Notes under the pieces: generated by a model | What the model was told of the DNA's origin: nothing | The model's database searches: none | What the model saw: the letters and a program-made list of their open reading frames with translations, nothing else | Made by a program: the position numbers and the translations under genes | Assembly (NCBI GenBank): GCA_016867715.1 | Contig: VGIW01000003.1 | Span: forward strand, 5,251 to 69,250 | Reading direction: 5' to 3' | Length of the DNA: 64,000 bases | Source: Candidatus Eiseniibacteriota bacterium | GTDB lineage: Bacteria > Orphanbacterota > Orphanbacteria > Orphanbacterales > Orphanbacteraceae | In this document: piece by piece, positions 8,577 to 22,996 of the stretch | How the letters are laid out: the number at the start of each line of letters is the position of its first letter | Position numbering within the stretch: position 1 is the first letter of the stretch

Positions 8577-9391
8577 GAGGAGAAACGGCTCGGTTTGCGG
8601 AGAGCGCGGCGCGCGAGGCGGGTGCGCTTCTCCTTCGGCGCTTCCGCGGCGCCGGAGGGGATCGCGTGCGCTTCAAGGGTGCGAAGGACCTCGTGACCGA
8701 AGCGGACGAAGAAGCGGAGCGCCTGCTCCGAGCGCGGATCGGGAGTAGGTTTCCATCCGACCGGATCGTGGCCGAAGAAGGAGGGGGACGGGCCGAAGGG
8801 GCCGAGGCGGTCTGGTACGTCGACCCGCTCGACGGAACGACGAACTTCGTCCATCGCTTCCCTCTCTTCTCCGTGTCGGTCGCGCGCGAGGAGCGGGGAG
8901 AGCTCGCGGTCGGGGTCGTGCACGTTCCCGTGCTCGAGGAGACGTTCGTCGCGGAGAAGGGAGGCGGCGCATTCTTGAACGGTGAACGAATCCGCGTGAG
9001 CGGCGTGCGGGAGCCAATCGAGGCGCTCGTCGCCACCGGCTTCGCCTGCGTCCGCTCGAACCGGATTCCGAACGGCGTGCCGGTGTTCGATCGGGTGGTT
9101 CACGAGGTTCAAGGCGTGCGGAGGGGGGGCTCGGCGGCGATCGATCTCGCGTACACCGCGGCGGGGCGCTTCGACGGGTTCTGGGAGATGAACCTGAACG
9201 CGTGGGACATCGCCGCCGGGATCCTTCTCGTCCGCGAGGCGGGAGGGGTGGTGACCGATTTCCTCGGGGGGAACGAGATGGTCCGCCGGAAGGAGCTCGT
9301 GGCGGGGAACCGGGCGGTCCACGCGTACCTGATCGACCGGATCGCGCGCACTGCAGAGGAGGAAGGTTGGGATCTTCGGGCGGGGGACTAG
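8573..9391 (+). CDS. suhB: Inositol monophosphatase family protein
   Basis: DLVTEAD, WYVDPLDGTTNF, RRGGSAAIDL, WDIAAG; GTG 8573 overlaps tatC stop. Confidence 0.9.
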   Translation: MRGETARFAESAAREAGALLLRRFRGAGGDRVRFKGAKDLVTEADEEAERLLRARIGSRFPSDRIVAEEGGGRAEGAEAVWYVDPLDGTTNFVHRFPLFSVSVAREERGELAVGVVHVPVLEETFVAEKGGGAFLNGERIRVSGVREPIEALVATGFACVRSNRIPNGVPVFDRVVHEVQGVRRGGSAAIDLAYTAAGRFDGFWEMNLNAWDIAAGILLVREAGGVVTDFLGGNEMVRRKELVAGNRAVHAYLIDRIARTAEEEGWDLRAGD

Positions 9392-10659
9392 GGGAAGGTC
9401 GGAGGAAGCTGGCGCACGCCGGCGTTCTCGTCGCGGTCCCCATCTTCCGGCTTCTTCCTGTCGACGTGCTCCTTCCGCTCTCCGCCGCCGCCCTCGGGGC
9501 GGTGTGGGCGCTGGGACCGTTTCTTCTTTCCCGGCTCGCCCGTCCGGGGGAAGGATGGGTCCGATTCTCCCTCGCGGTCTCCTCGTTTCCGCTCGCGGCG
9601 GGGCTTCTCCTCGCCGCGTTTCCCGAGAGGCCCGGAGTGGCCGCGTCGGCCGTCGCCCTTCTCGCGGCAGGGGACGCGGCGGCGAACACCGCGGGGAGGC
9701 AAATCGGCGGGCCTCGCCTCCCTTGGAACGCCCGGAAGACGGCCGTGGGGAGCGCGGCGTTTCTTGTCGCCGGCCTCGCGGCGGCAGGTCTCTCCTTTGC
9801 CCTCGTCGATGCGACCCCGATCGGGCGGGCGGTTCCCCTTCTCCTCGCCCCCGTCCTTCTCGGCGCGGCGATCGAGAGCCTTCCCACCCGGATCGGGGAC
9901 AACCTGCCGGTCGCCCTCTTCCCCGGTGTGCTTCTCGGGCATCTCGCGGGCGGTACCGAGATCCCGTGGGACGTCGCGCCGTCGCGGCTCCCCGCGGGGC
10001 TGCTCGTGTTCGTTCTTCTCGCCCTTCTCGGGCTCCGGACCCGTTCCCTCGACCGATCGGGGGCGGCGGCCGGCATCCTCCTCGGATCGCTCATCTTCAC
10101 CGCAGCAGGCCCTCCGGCATGCGCTCTTCTCGTCCTCTTCGTCCTCCTCGGAACTCTCTCCTCTCGGATCGCCAAGCGGGCGCACGCCCCGCGGGGAGCG
10201 CGGCATGCGATCGCGAACCTCGGGATCCCGGCCTTTCTCGCCGTTCTTCTGTGGATGGGAGGAGGGGCGGCGGTCCGGACCGCGTACGCGGCGGCTCTCG
10301 CGGCCGCCCTCGCCGACACGCTCTCCGGGGAAATCGGCATGCTCTCCCCCGTTCCCCCGCGCCTCATCCTCGGCTTTCGAGAGGTTCCTCCCGGGACGGA
10401 CGGGGGGGTGACGGTTCTCGGCACGCTCTCCGGCGCGGTCGGTTCAGCCCTTCTCGCCGCGCTGGGTCTCGGGCTCGGCTTCCTCGGAGGGAGAGAGGCG
10501 GCGGTCGCAGCGCTCGCGGGCTTCGCGGGGACGCTCGTCGACAGCCTCCTCGGCGCCTCGGCCGAGAGGGCGGGCCTCATCGGGAACGAGGAGGTGAACT
10601 TCCTCTCGATCCTCGGGGCCGCCCTCCTCGGGGGCCTTGTCGTCTCCTTCGGGGCGTAG
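9367..10659 (+). CDS. Membrane protein: dolichol/phytol kinase-like (CTP transferase) N-terminus fused to DUF92
   Basis: RRKLAH, AGDAAA, PWNARKT..GS, GDNL; DUF92 motifs ADTLSGEIG, PPGTDGGVT, DSLLGA, NEEVNF; start uncertain. Confidence 0.8.
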   Translation: MGSSGGGLGEGRRKLAHAGVLVAVPIFRLLPVDVLLPLSAAALGAVWALGPFLLSRLARPGEGWVRFSLAVSSFPLAAGLLLAAFPERPGVAASAVALLAAGDAAANTAGRQIGGPRLPWNARKTAVGSAAFLVAGLAAAGLSFALVDATPIGRAVPLLLAPVLLGAAIESLPTRIGDNLPVALFPGVLLGHLAGGTEIPWDVAPSRLPAGLLVFVLLALLGLRTRSLDRSGAAAGILLGSLIFTAAGPPACALLVLFVLLGTLSSRIAKRAHAPRGARHAIANLGIPAFLAVLLWMGGGAAVRTAYAAALAAALADTLSGEIGMLSPVPPRLILGFREVPPGTDGGVTVLGTLSGAVGSALLAALGLGLGFLGGREAAVAALAGFAGTLVDSLLGASAERAGLIGNEEVNFLSILGAALLGGLVVSFGA

Positions 10660-10691
10660 GCGGAACCGATTGAAAAATCAGTAGGTTTGGC

Positions 10692-10720
10692 TTGACAGGT
10701 TTCGCCGGATTTGCTTGAAT
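10692..10720 (+). promoter_or_regulatory. sigma70-type promoter for HU operon
   Basis: TTGACA-N17-TTGAAT with TG extension. Confidence 0.45.
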
Positions 10721-10780
10721 GACCAAGGGACTCTTCTTCGCCCCCTTCTCGCGGGGCACCGAGAAAGGAGGCCGCCGGTC

Positions 10781-11065
10781 ATGACGAAAGCGGACCTTGT
10801 GGAGCAGATCGCGACGAGCACGGGATTGACGAAGAAGGACACGGCCGAGGCGGTCGACGAGTTCCTCGGCGCGATCAAGAAGGCTCTCCGGGAGGGGGAG
10901 CATATCGAGATTCGCGGGTTCGGAACGTTCAAGGTCAAGGAGCGAAAGGCGCGAACCGCGCGCAATCCTCGGACGGGCGATCCGGTTCCTCTCCCTTCGC
11001 GGCGGGTTCCGGTGTTCAAGGTCTCGAAGGAGCTGAAGGCCCGCATCAATCAGGGGCGGGAGTAG
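10781..11065 (+). CDS. hup: DNA-binding protein HU
   Basis: MTKADLVEQIA, IRGFGTFKV, RNPRTG; AAAGGAGG RBS. Confidence 0.95.
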   Translation: MTKADLVEQIATSTGLTKKDTAEAVDEFLGAIKKALREGEHIEIRGFGTFKVKERKARTARNPRTGDPVPLPSRRVPVFKVSKELKARINQGRE

Positions 11066-11101
11066 TCCGGGCGATCCCTGCTTCTCGCGGATGGGACGAA
11101 G

Positions 11102-11842
11102 ATGGGGCTCTTCATCGCGTTCGAGGGGCTCGACGGCGCGGGAACGACCACGCAGGCGACGCTTCTCGCCGATCGCCTCGAGGCCGAGGGCGTTCCCGTC
11201 CATCTGACGAAGGAGCCTTCCGAGGGACCGGTCGGGAACCTGATCTCGCTCGTGCTCCGCAGGCGGCTCGTCTCGCCGACTGCGGGGAGGCCTCTCGATC
11301 CGTTTCCCGACGATCTCCTAGCGCTTCTCTTCGCCGCCGACCGGATCGATCATCTTCACGCCGAGATCCTCCCGAAGCTTCGGGAGGGGATCACCGTTGT
11401 GACCGACCGCTACATCCTGTCGTCCTATGCGTACCAGTCGCTCGGCTGCGACCTGAAGTGGATCCGCGAGGTGAACGCGCATGCGGTGATGCCCGATCTC
11501 ACGTTCCTCATCGATGTTCCGGCGCCCGTGTGTCTGCGCCGCATCGAGAAGGGCCGGTGGGAAACCGAGCTCTTCGAGGGGCTGGACAAGCTGGTCGTCG
11601 TGCGCAAGAACTACCTCCGCATCGCCGCGAGCCCGATCGGCGAGTCGATGAACGTGGTTCTTCTCGACGGCGAGAAGGAGGTCCGCGCCCTCCAGAAGGA
11701 GATCTGGGAACGGCTGCGCTCTTCCGTGCAACCGGGGGCGAAGGAAGGGGTTGAAGGGGAAGGCGACGATTCGCAGCTCGGCCTGAATCTCTGCCCGGCG
11801 GACGAACCGGGCCCCGCGACGGGAGGGGAAGAAGAGCGATGA
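11102..11842 (+). CDS. tmk: Thymidylate kinase
   Basis: FIAFEGLDGAGTTTQ, LFAADR, DRYILSSYAYQ, PDLTF. Confidence 0.92.
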   Translation: MGLFIAFEGLDGAGTTTQATLLADRLEAEGVPVHLTKEPSEGPVGNLISLVLRRRLVSPTAGRPLDPFPDDLLALLFAADRIDHLHAEILPKLREGITVVTDRYILSSYAYQSLGCDLKWIREVNAHAVMPDLTFLIDVPAPVCLRRIEKGRWETELFEGLDKLVVVRKNYLRIAASPIGESMNVVLLDGEKEVRALQKEIWERLRSSVQPGAKEGVEGEGDDSQLGLNLCPADEPGPATGGEEER

Positions 11843-12090
11843 AGAGGGATCCTTCGGCCTCCTCTTTTGTGATACCGACCTCGAGCGACGCCGGCAACGT
11901 GTACGAGCTGGTCGTCGTGGCGGCTCTTCGCGCGCGCCAGCTCAACCGGTTCCCCCAGCTTCGCGATCGGGACGCGACGGGAACGATTGTCGATCAGGCG
12001 GTCCGCGAGGCGGCGACCAAGAAGCTCGCCTATGCGATCGCGGAGCGGGAGGAGGTTCCGGCCCAGGTGTCGCGCCCGATTGAAGGATGA
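11839..12090 (+). CDS. rpoZ: RNA polymerase omega subunit-like protein
   Basis: NVYELVVVAALRARQL core and AVREAA; ATGA coupling on both sides. Confidence 0.7.
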   Translation: MKRDPSASSFVIPTSSDAGNVYELVVVAALRARQLNRFPQLRDRDATGTIVDQAVREAATKKLAYAIAEREEVPAQVSRPIEG

Positions 12091-13031
12091 ACCGTTCGAC
12101 TGTGGGTTATCGATACGTAATTGGAGTGGATCTCGGCGCGACGACGGTTCGCGCCGCCCTGTTTTCGGTCGAGGGGCGGATCGGAAACCGCCTCGAGACC
12201 CGGTTCGCGCCGAGCGGGAGCGGCGAGGAGGACCGTGCGGCCTTCTTCCGCGTTCTCGAGGATCTTCTCGCCGGCGAAAAGCGCTCCGGCCTTCTCGCGG
12301 TCGGGATCGGCTCGTTCGGGCCGCTCGACCGGGAGAGGACGCGCATCGAGGAAGCGCCGAACCGACCGAGCTGGAAGCACTATCCCCTCCGCGAGGCGGT
12401 GGAAGAGAGGCTCGCCGCTCCGGTGATCGTCGAGAACGACGCGAACGCGGCGACGTTCGGCGAGTTTCGTCGCGGAGCCGGGAAGGGAGCGGAGAGCCTT
12501 CTCGGGCTCACGGTCGGCACCGGGATCGGAGGGGGCTTCGTGAGCGAGGGGAAGATCCTCGTGGGCGCATGGGGGAACGCGGGGGAGTTCGGGCACATGT
12601 ACGTCGGGGGCGAGGGAGTTCGATGCCGGTGCGGGGCCCTCGATTGCCTCGAGACCTACGCGTCCGCCGAGGGGATCAAGCGCGCGTACCGCTCGCGCGC
12701 GGCGGGCGATCCGTCGCTCTCTTGCCACGGCATCTTCCATCTCGCCAGAAGCGGGGACCGGATCGCGGTCGAGACGATCGAGACGGCGGCGCGCCTCCTC
12801 GGGCGCGCGATCGCCTCGCTTCAAAAAGCGTTCGACCCGGAGCGGATCGTGATCGGAGGAGGGCTCTCGCGGGAGCGAGACCTTCTCGTCGAGCCGGCGA
12901 TCCGGGAAGCGCGCGAGCAGGTCTTTCCTGCCCAGAGGGAGCGTTTCCAGGCGTTCCCAGCTGCCCTCGGACCCGACGCGGGCCTCGTCGGCGCGGCCGA
13001 GCTTGCGCTCGAAATCGCCGAGAACCGCTGA
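12087..13031 (+). CDS. ROK family sugar kinase (glucokinase-like)
   Basis: GVDLGAT, VENDANAA, GTGIGGG, GEFGH, CRCGALDCLE. Confidence 0.92.
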   Translation: MNRSTVGYRYVIGVDLGATTVRAALFSVEGRIGNRLETRFAPSGSGEEDRAAFFRVLEDLLAGEKRSGLLAVGIGSFGPLDRERTRIEEAPNRPSWKHYPLREAVEERLAAPVIVENDANAATFGEFRRGAGKGAESLLGLTVGTGIGGGFVSEGKILVGAWGNAGEFGHMYVGGEGVRCRCGALDCLETYASAEGIKRAYRSRAAGDPSLSCHGIFHLARSGDRIAVETIETAARLLGRAIASLQKAFDPERIVIGGGLSRERDLLVEPAIREAREQVFPAQRERFQAFPAALGPDAGLVGAAELALEIAENR

Positions 13032-13100
13032 GTCTTCTCGCGCCTTCCCATCCTCAATGTACGGTTCTTCCGGCCGATTCTTGGGTCGGAGGGTCTTCCC

Positions 13101-13610
13101 GTGCGCCCTGCGACACCCCATGTAAGAATCCTGGAGGATAGATTTCCCCACTTGGTCGTCAAGGACGAGGAGGGGGGACGGTCGTTCCGTTCCGCCGGAG
13201 GGGCGGAGATCTTCCGCCTCGAAGCGGACGGCCGGCGTCTCCGTCTCCCCGTTTCGCGCAAAGTCCTCGACGATCTCTTTGGAGGGCTCCCGTTCCCGGT
13301 GGAGTCCTCCGACCGCGCCTCGGTGGTGCCGCTTGCGGATGTCGGGGAACCCGAGCTGATCTTCGCGTTGATCGAAGCGCTCGAAGAGCAGGCGGGCGCT
13401 TCGCCCGGTCATGACGAACCGAAAGCCGCCGCGCCCGCTCGCCGTATCGCGCCGGAGGCGCCCTCGCGGATCCCGACGCGCCTCTTGCGAATCGCTCTCG
13501 CCGGGATCGCCCTTCTTCTCGCGCTCTTCCTCGGGTTCTCGTGGAAGCTCGCGCAGAAGAGCCTCGACCAAGACCGCGAGCAGTGGATCGAAACGCTCCT
13601 CCGCCGCTGA
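13101..13610 (+). CDS. Hypothetical protein with C-terminal transmembrane helix
   Basis: Fills the gap on + strand; hydrophobic IALAGIALLLALFLGFSW; no recognised motif. Confidence 0.5.
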   Translation: MRPATPHVRILEDRFPHLVVKDEEGGRSFRSAGGAEIFRLEADGRRLRLPVSRKVLDDLFGGLPFPVESSDRASVVPLADVGEPELIFALIEALEEQAGASPGHDEPKAAAPARRIAPEAPSRIPTRLLRIALAGIALLLALFLGFSWKLAQKSLDQDREQWIETLLRR

Positions 13611-13641
13611 CGAACCGCGCCGGTCGGTCGGCCCGCGCCGG

Positions 13642-13670
13642 TTGACACGTCTCCGCGCTTCTCCTATTCT
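13642..13670 (+). promoter_or_regulatory. sigma70-type promoter for meaB-mutase operon
   Basis: TTGACA-N17-TATTCT. Confidence 0.6.
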
Positions 13671-13694
13671 CATCCATAGATCGGGCGTGTTTCG

Positions 13695-14725
13695 GTGCTT
13701 GTCGCTCGGGCGGAAGCGCCGCTTTCACCGAGAGTCCCTCCAACCCCGGGTGCTTTCTTGCGGTCGAACGGCGGAGACCTCGCTCGCAGGATTCTCGAGG
13801 GGGATCGGATCTCCCTCGCCCGCGCGATTTCCCTGGTCGAGAACGAGAGCGACGGAGCGGGGGCCCTTCTCGACGCGCTCTACCCGCGAACGGGTGCCGC
13901 GTATCGCCTGGGCGTGACCGGTCCGCCCGGTGCGGGGAAGAGCACGCTCGTCGGGCGCCTCGCGCGCGCCTACTGGGAAGCGGGAAAGCGCGTGGGCGTC
14001 GTCGCGGTCGACCCGTCGAGTCCGTTCACGCACGGGGCGCTCCTCGGCGACCGCATCCGCTTCCAAGATCTCCCGAATGATCCGCGCCTCTTCGTGCGAA
14101 GCATGGCCTCGCGCGGAAGCCCGGGCGGCCTCGCGTTCCGGACCGGAGAGGCGTGCGACCTTCTCGACGCGTTCGGCATGGAGATCGTTCTTGTCGAAAC
14201 GGTCGGCGTCGGCCAATCGGAGCTCGACGTCGCCCGCGCCGTTCACACGACGGTGGTTGTGCTCGTCCCGGAGTCGGGAGACGAGGTCCAGGCGATGAAG
14301 GCCGGCCTCATGGAGATCGGCCATGTCTTCGCCGTGAACAAGGCGGACCGCGAGGGGGCGGCGCGGATCACTCGAAACCTCAAGGATATGCTTCTCCTGC
14401 GCAGGCCGGCGCCAGACTCGTGGGTCCCTCCCGTGCAGCCGGTCTCCGCCCTTCGCGGCGATCATCTCGACGAGCTTCTCGATGCGATCGGGAAGCATCG
14501 GCGCCATCTCGAGGAGGCCGGCGCGCTCGGCCGCCTCAAGCGAGAGCGCGCGGAGCAGAGGATCCGCGAGATCGTGGAGTCGGAGCTCGCCTCGACGTTT
14601 TGGATGCGCGAGGGGATCCCGGCGCGGCTCAAGGACGCGCTCGCGCGTATCGAGGAAGGCCGCTCCTCCCCGTATCGGGAAGCGGCCGACCTTCTGCATG
14701 GTGCCGGGAAGGAGAAGGAGACCCG

Positions 14726-14729
<4 letters not shown>
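13695..14729 (+). CDS. meaB: Acyl-CoA mutase-associated GTPase MeaB/ArgK
   Basis: [41 protein letters not shown]; exact start uncertain. Confidence 0.93.
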
Positions 14730-16348
<1,619 letters not shown>

Positions 16349-16349
16349 C

Positions 16350-16401
16350 GTACCTGATACCCTATTTCTGACTGATACCCTTGAAACAGGGTATCAGGTA
16401 C
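16350..16401. repeat. AT-richer intergenic palindrome (REP-like or operator)
   Basis: gtacctgataccctatttc (16350-16368) / gaaacagggtatcaggtac (16383-16401), 18/19; ctgataccct repeated in the loop. Confidence 0.75.
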
Positions 16402-16417
16402 CGAAGGAGAGAGAAGC

Positions 16418-16834
16418 ATGCAAGGACCGATTCGCGTCCTCGTAGCGAAGGTGGGGCTGGACGGTCACGACCGCGGCGTGAAGGTCGTGGCGAGCGCTCT
16501 TCGCGACGCGGGGATGGAGGTGATCTACACCGGTCTTCACCAAACGCCGGAGAAGGTCGCGCAGGCGGCGCTTGAAGAGGACGTGGACGTTGTCGCGATC
16601 AGCATCCTCTCGGGCGCGCACATGACCCTCTTCCCGCGCGTGCTGGAGCTGCTCCGAAAAGGGGGCGGCGGGCACGTCCTGGTTTGCGGAGGCGGGATCA
16701 TCCCGGAGAAGGACCAGGATGCTCTCGGCGCGCTCGGGGTCGGGCGCTTGTTCGGGCCGGGGACCGCGACCGGCGAGATCGTCGCCTATCTGGAAGAGGA
16801 GATCGCGCGCCGCCGCGCGTCGCGAAACGCCTGA
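16418..16834 (+). CDS. icmB: Acyl-CoA mutase cobalamin-binding small subunit
   Basis: GLDGHDRG (DxHxxG), SILSGAH, GGGIIP. Confidence 0.9.
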   Translation: MQGPIRVLVAKVGLDGHDRGVKVVASALRDAGMEVIYTGLHQTPEKVAQAALEEDVDVVAISILSGAHMTLFPRVLELLRKGGGGHVLVCGGGIIPEKDQDALGALGVGRLFGPGTATGEIVAYLEEEIARRRASRNA

Positions 16835-16851
16835 GACCTCGCGCGGGCCCC

Positions 16852-16893
16852 GATTCGCGGCCGCAGCGGGAAACGCGTGCATGATCCAGGCGA
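16852..16893 (-). repeat. Partial copy of the left end of the MITE-like element
   Basis: 36/42 identity to the reverse complement of 3720-3761. Confidence 0.75.
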
Positions 16894-16906
16894 GAAGGGA
16901 GGATCC

Positions 16907-18097
16907 ATGAACGCCGATCGTAGACCCGTCATCGTGAGCGCGGCGCGCACCGCCATCGGTGAGTACATGAAAGGGCTTGCGCCGATGGGAGCGCCCGCGC
17001 TCGGGGCGCTCGCCGTCCGCGAGGTCGTGCGAAGGGCCGGCATCGAACCGGATGTCGTGGACGAGGTGATCCTCGGAAACGTGGTCTCGAGCGGGCTCGG
17101 GCAAGCCCCCGCCCGGCAGGCGGCGATTCACGGCGGGATCCCGGCCTCGAAGGCCGCGATCACCATCAACAAGGTCTGCGGCTCCGGGTTGAAAGCGGTC
17201 GTTCTCGCCTCGCAGGCGATCCGCCTCGGAGACGCGGACGCGGTGATCGCGGGCGGCATGGAGAGCATGTCGAACGTTCCCTACTACCTCATGAAGGCGC
17301 GCGCCGGCTACCGAATGGGGAACGACTATCTCGTCGACGGGATGATCTTCGACGGCCTCTGGGACTCGTTTCACAACTTCCACATGGGGATGGCGGCGGA
17401 GAAGACCGCGGAGCTATCGATCATTTCGCGCGAGGAGCAGGACCGCTACGCGGCCGAAAGCCACCGGAAGGCTATCGCCGCCGCCGAGGCTGGAAAGTTC
17501 AAAGACGAAATCTTCCCTGTTGAAATCCCTAGCAAAAAAGGAAACCCGACGGTCTTCGACAAGGACGAGCGCCCGCGCGCCGACGCTTCCCTCGAGTCGC
17601 TCGCGAAGCTCCGCCCCGCTTTCAAGAAGGACGGAACGGTAACCGCGGGGAACGCGCCGGGACTGAACGACGGCGCCTCGGCGGTTCTTGTGATGGCGGA
17701 AGCCAGAGCGCGCGAGCTCGGGGTGAAGCCGATGGCGCGCATCGAGGCGTACGCGGTCGGCGGGGCCGAGCCGGAGATGGTCTTCTACGCCCCGATCGAC
17801 GCCGTGCGGAAGCTCCTCGCGAAGACCGGCCGGTCGATCGCCGACTACGACCTCATCGAGATCAACGAGGCGTTCGCCGTGCAGGCCCTCGCCGACGGGA
17901 AGGAGCTCGGTTGGGATTGGAATCGAGTCAACGTGAACGGAGGCGCGATCGCCCTCGGCCATCCGATCGGCGCGAGCGGCGCCCGCGTCCTGACGACGCT
18001 TCTCTACGCGATGAAGGACCGCGGGAAGTCGCTCGGGCTCGCCGCGATCTGTCTCGGGGGGGGAAACGCCGTGGCGCTCAGCGTCGAGGCGGTCTGA
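16907..18097 (+). CDS. Acetyl-CoA C-acetyltransferase (thiolase)
   Basis: [25 protein letters not shown]. Confidence 0.96.
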   Translation: MNADRRPVIVSAARTAIGEYMKGLAPMGAPALGALAVREVVRRAGIEPDVVDEVILGNVVSSGLGQAPARQAAIHGGIPASKAAITINKVCGSGLKAVVLASQAIRLGDADAVIAGGMESMSNVPYYLMKARAGYRMGNDYLVDGMIFDGLWDSFHNFHMGMAAEKTAELSIISREEQDRYAAESHRKAIAAAEAGKFKDEIFPVEIPSKKGNPTVFDKDERPRADASLESLAKLRPAFKKDGTVTAGNAPGLNDGASAVLVMAEARARELGVKPMARIEAYAVGGAEPEMVFYAPIDAVRKLLAKTGRSIADYDLIEINEAFAVQALADGKELGWDWNRVNVNGGAIALGHPIGASGARVLTTLLYAMKDRGKSLGLAAICLGGGNAVALSVEAV

Positions 18098-18112
18098 GCG
18101 AAGGAGGAAAAC

Positions 18113-18967
18113 GTGGACCAGAAGCAACTCGCCGTCGTCGGCGGCGGAACGATGGGCGCGGGGATCGCCCAGGTGTTCGCCCAGTCCGGATATCGCGTCG
18201 ATCTCGTCGATCTGAACGAGGAGATCCTGAAGCGCTCGATCGGACGGATCGAGAAGAGCGTCCGCAAGCTCGCGGAGAAGGGAGTGCTCGACCCATCCAA
18301 GGTAGACCCGGTTCTCTCGAGCGTCCGCCCTGTTCCGTCGATCGGTAAGATGGCGCCTCCTGCTCTCGTCGTCGAAGCGGTGCCGGAACACTTTGAACTA
18401 AAAAAGAAGATCTTTCAAGAGCTCGACGCCGCGGCGCCGAAGGAAGCGATCCTCGCCTCGAACACCTCCTCGATCTCGATCACCGAGATCGCGGCGGCGA
18501 CGAAGCGTCCGGAGAAGGTGATCGGGATGCATTTCATGAACCCGGTCCCCCTCATGAAGCTCGTCGAGGTGATCCGCGGGATCGCCACCGCGGACGATAC
18601 GTACGAACGGGTCGAGGCGCTCACGAAGGAGCTCGGGAAGACGCCGGTCGAGGTGCAGGACTACCCGGGGTTCGTGTCGAACCGGATCCTGATGCCGATG
18701 ATCAACGAGGCGATCTACGCCCTCATGGAAGGGGTGGCCTCCGCCGAGGACATCGACACGGTGATGAAGCTCGGCATGAACCATCCGATGGGACCGCTCA
18801 CGCTCGCCGATTTCATCGGTCTCGACGTGTGTCTCGACATCATGGAGGTCCTCTACGGCGGGTTCTCCGATCCGAAGTACCGCCCTTGTCCCCTTCTCAA
18901 GAAGATGGTGCGGGCGGGCTATCTCGGGCGGAAGAGCGGCCGCGGGTTCTTCGAATACGGATCGTAG
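18113..18967 (+). CDS. hbd: 3-hydroxybutyryl-CoA dehydrogenase
   Basis: GGGTMGAG, SNTSS, GMHFMNP, GFVSNR, MGPL. Confidence 0.95.
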   Translation: MDQKQLAVVGGGTMGAGIAQVFAQSGYRVDLVDLNEEILKRSIGRIEKSVRKLAEKGVLDPSKVDPVLSSVRPVPSIGKMAPPALVVEAVPEHFELKKKIFQELDAAAPKEAILASNTSSISITEIAAATKRPEKVIGMHFMNPVPLMKLVEVIRGIATADDTYERVEALTKELGKTPVEVQDYPGFVSNRILMPMINEAIYALMEGVASAEDIDTVMKLGMNHPMGPLTLADFIGLDVCLDIMEVLYGGFSDPKYRPCPLLKKMVRAGYLGRKSGRGFFEYGS

Positions 18968-18991
18968 TCCCCATACCTCGGAGGTGCGTGG

Positions 18992-20134
18992 ATGCATTTC
19001 GATCTGAACGACGAGCAGGCCTTGATCCGGAAGACCGTTCGTGAGTTCGCGGAGAAGACGCTCGGACCGACCGCGGGCGAGCGCGACCACCACGAGAAGC
19101 CGGCGATCGAGGAGGCGAAGGCGTTCGCCGATCTCGGCTTCCTCGGCATGACGATTCCGGAGGAGTACGGCGGAGCCTTGCTCGACGATATCTCGGAGGC
19201 GATCGTCATCGAGGAGCTCTCGCGGGTCGACGCCTCCTTCGGGGTTCTCGTGAGCGTGCACACGAGCCTCTCTGCGACGGTCGTCGTGACCCACGGAACG
19301 GACGCGCAGAAGAAGAAATACTTGCCGAGGCTCGCGACCGGCGAGATCCTCGCGGCGTACTCCCTCTCCGAGGCGGGAGCGGGATCGGATCCGACCGCTC
19401 TCTCCTGCGCCGCCGCGAAGAAGGGGGACAAGTACGTCCTCAACGGCGAGAAGATGTGGGTGACGAACGGGTCGATCGCGGACCTTTACATCCTCATGGC
19501 GAAGACCGACCCGTCCGCGCCGGGCGCGAAGGGGGTCTCCGCGTTTCTCATCGAGAAGGGCTTTCCCGGTTTCTCCGTCGGGAAGAAGGAGGAGAAGCTC
19601 GGCATCCGGTCGAGCGACACGGTGAGCCTCATCCTTCAGAACTGCGAGGTCCCCGCGGAAAACCTCCTCTGGGAGGAGGGGAAGGGGATGCGGATCGCGT
19701 TCGAGGCTCTCGACAAGAGCCGGATCGGCATCGCCGCGCAGGCGGTCGGGATCGCGCAGGGCGCCTTCGACGCCGCGCTCGCCTACTCGAAGCAAAGGGA
19801 GCAGTTCGGCCGGCCGATCATTCAACATCAAACCATCGGCAACTACCTCGCCGACATGGCGACCCGCATCGAGGCGGCCCGCCTTCTCACGTACAAGGCG
19901 GCCTACTTGAAGGAAAAGAAGGCGAAGCACACGATGGAGTCGGCCCAAGCGAAGCTGTTCGCGGGCGACATCGCGGTCTGGGTGGCGGATCGGGCCGTGC
20001 AGATCCTCGGCGGGTACGGCTACACGCGCGAGTTCCCGGTGGAGCGGTTCTACCGGGACGCGAAGATCACCCAGATCTACGAGGGGACCAACGAGATCCA
20101 GAGGCTCGTCATCGCGCGGGCGCTCGTCTCGTAG
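18992..20134 (+). CDS. Acyl-CoA dehydrogenase (butyryl/short branched-chain type)
   Basis: SEAGAGSD, NGEKMWVTNG, REQFG, QILGGYGY, IYEGTNEIQR. Confidence 0.95.
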   Translation: MHFDLNDEQALIRKTVREFAEKTLGPTAGERDHHEKPAIEEAKAFADLGFLGMTIPEEYGGALLDDISEAIVIEELSRVDASFGVLVSVHTSLSATVVVTHGTDAQKKKYLPRLATGEILAAYSLSEAGAGSDPTALSCAAAKKGDKYVLNGEKMWVTNGSIADLYILMAKTDPSAPGAKGVSAFLIEKGFPGFSVGKKEEKLGIRSSDTVSLILQNCEVPAENLLWEEGKGMRIAFEALDKSRIGIAAQAVGIAQGAFDAALAYSKQREQFGRPIIQHQTIGNYLADMATRIEAARLLTYKAAYLKEKKAKHTMESAQAKLFAGDIAVWVADRAVQILGGYGYTREFPVERFYRDAKITQIYEGTNEIQRLVIARALVS

Positions 20135-20161
20135 ATCCGGAGGGAGGTCGGGGGCGTCGGC

Positions 20162-22985
<2,824 letters not shown>

Positions 22986-22996
<11 letters not shown>

